DNA of 64,000 nucleotides from Eutreptiella sp. 'Long Island Sound 2002' (Eukaryota; Protista; Euglenida): positions 3,286,001 through 3,350,000 of the forward strand of contig OZ038378.1 of the NCBI GenBank assembly GCA_964036045.1, given 5' to 3'. Position numbers and translations under genes: made by a program. The notes under the pieces were generated by a model. That model saw only the letters and a program-made list of their open reading frames with translations. It searched no databases and had not been told where the DNA came from. This document shows, one piece after another, positions 62,348-64,000 of this stretch; the stretch's first letter is position 1, and each line of letters opens with the position of its first letter.

Positions 62348-63633
62348 ATGGTTAAGGTCACTCTGCGGTGCCGTAGGTGCTGCAAAACAATTACACGACT
62401 TGACGATTTTTTTGTACACAAGTTACATTCTTCACACGTTATGTTCTGCGTCCTCCTTATGCATTTTGGATCGCTCCCAACCCCAGCCCCTGCGGGAGAG
62501 TTCAACAACTCAGCACCAGTAGGAGGGCTTGGGAGTCCCAGACCACCATCTCCCCCTAGACCCCCTCCCCCCTAATTTTGCTCCAGGCCTTCGGCCAATC
62601 AAAGTTTTTCTCTGGCCCAGTCAGTTTGCGACAAAAATTTTTCTTCGGCCCTGTGCCCTCCATTACTTCGGGACCAGTAGGGGGGGGGGGGGGAGGGCAC
62701 CCACCCACCCACCCACCCCCCTCGGACCCCCCCCCCCTCCCCTTAAGTGGAACTCCTGAGACTCCTTTCTTGTTCCCAAGCCCCACCACATTCAGCCCCA
62801 CCACATTCCACACTTTCTTTCTTTGGCCACATTGTTTGCAGTGGCAAACAGAAGACAATGTGCAGGAGGTTGGGCATGGCCATGCCCGAGGTGACATTCC
62901 TTGTGCACGCCCTTCTACGCCCGACGTGGTGCCGCTGTCTGACGCGCCCGCACGCCACCTGCAAACTGCTCGCCCACCCCCTGAGCCTCGGGGGAATTCG
63001 GAGGAGGAGGAGGACGACGACGTGCAGGTGGTAGGCTACGGACATGCCCGCCCGTCTACGCCCGATGTGGTACTCTTGTCTGCTGCGCCCGCACGCCCGT
63101 CTGGTGCGCCCGCACGCCATCTGCAAACCGCTCGCCCACCCCCTGAGCCGGAAGAAGACGACGTGCAGGTGGTGGGCTACGGCCGTGCGCACCCCGACAA
63201 CATCATCCTGCCCTCTCTCCGCTACTGCCATGTCCCTCGTGGGGAGGAGCTGGAGGAGGGTGTGGTGTTTGCAGGGGAGAGCTGTGCGCCATCCGCTACC
63301 CCTGATGTGGCATTGCATCCCGCTGCACCTAAACCCCAGGCACGGAATGCTGGTGTCACCGCCTTGCCCTCCGGCGCTCCTTGGGTGTACCGGCCCCCTC
63401 AGGTGCAGCGGGGGCGGCCTGGGCCAGTCCGCGGCCCAACCCGCCCGGTTGGCCCGCCTTTCTTTTCGTCGCCGCCGGCGCAGCGGCCGCCAGCACGGGC
63501 AGCGGCAGTGCCTGCACGTTGGGCTCCACCAGCACTGCTGCCCTGGGGCTGGGGTTGGAATCAGTACGCGGTCTGGTTGGACGAGCGCTGGATCGAGAAA
63601 TGGGGCTGGGGGTCCTGGGCGGGACTCCCGTGA
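62348..63633 (+). CDS. Unknown 293-aa protein: C2H2-like zinc finger, repeated SIM-like motifs, WG/GW-rich C-terminus; exons 62348-62437, 62842-63633
   Basis: An AG lies 6 nt before the ATG. Exon 1 MVKVTLRCRRCCKTITRLDDFFVHKLHSSH has C-x2-C-x12-H-x5-H spacing. A phase-0 intron gttatg...ctttctttctttggccacattgtttgcag joins it to a 263-codon exon with internal duplications. Confidence 0.7.
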
Positions 63634-64000
63634 CAGAGCCCTTGTTGATAGGCGGTGGTCTGAGGGCTACTGATGGCTGGCAAGGTCGGGCCGTAATTTG
63701 GGGGGGGGGGCGGAGGGCAAACAAAACATTTCGCCGAGACCGTCGCCATGACCATCATCCGGGTCCCTGTGAACAAAGGGAGCAGAACCGGGAGTGTATG
63801 TGCAGTGGCCCCATGCGGTCTGAGTGTGGGCTGCGCTGTGCTGTCAGACATGCGCAGATGCGGGGGCATCAAATCCAACGGAACCTGACGCTGCTTCATT
63901 CGTTCATGGCTTTAAGGGGCCACCTCCCGTAGAGCCCCCAGCCGTCTGTACATTAAAGGGGCACATTGATTGCGTTGTGTTTTGTCTTCACGGACCCTGC

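Overview
This is eukaryotic, intron-rich DNA, most likely from a photosynthetic euglenid. The basis is a near-exact copy of the euglenid spliced-leader exon at 57935-57959 (minus), polypyrimidine-AG acceptors just upstream of start codons, and a two-transmembrane (class I-type) plastid presequence; the species cannot be determined. Three gene models were built by hand with phase-consistent GT-AG introns and clear family motifs: a plastid-targeted HPP-family membrane protein (6851-8580), an 8-exon NIMA/NEK kinase (16149-27947) and a 4-exon ZIP metal transporter (33533-36927). Less certain models are an unknown protein with a C-terminal F-box-like motif (41726-44511), a proline-rich exon with an in-frame 42-aa duplication (49540-50332), an unknown minus-strand multi-exon gene (about 55254-57232) and a two-exon gene combining a C2H2-like finger, repeated SUMO-interacting-like motifs and a WG/GW-rich tail (62348-63633). 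The remainder is a mosaic of repeats: four MITE-like copies, two hAT transposase fossils, a nested 0.7-0.9 kb tandem array, long dispersed repeats, a palindromic CpG-rich minisatellite and a tRNA-Cys-like foldback. The best novelty candidates are the ZnF/poly-SIM/WG-GW protein, the genomic spliced-leader relic, the tRNA-like foldback, and two small repeat-borne ORF families. No searches were run; all family calls come from motif recognition by eye.
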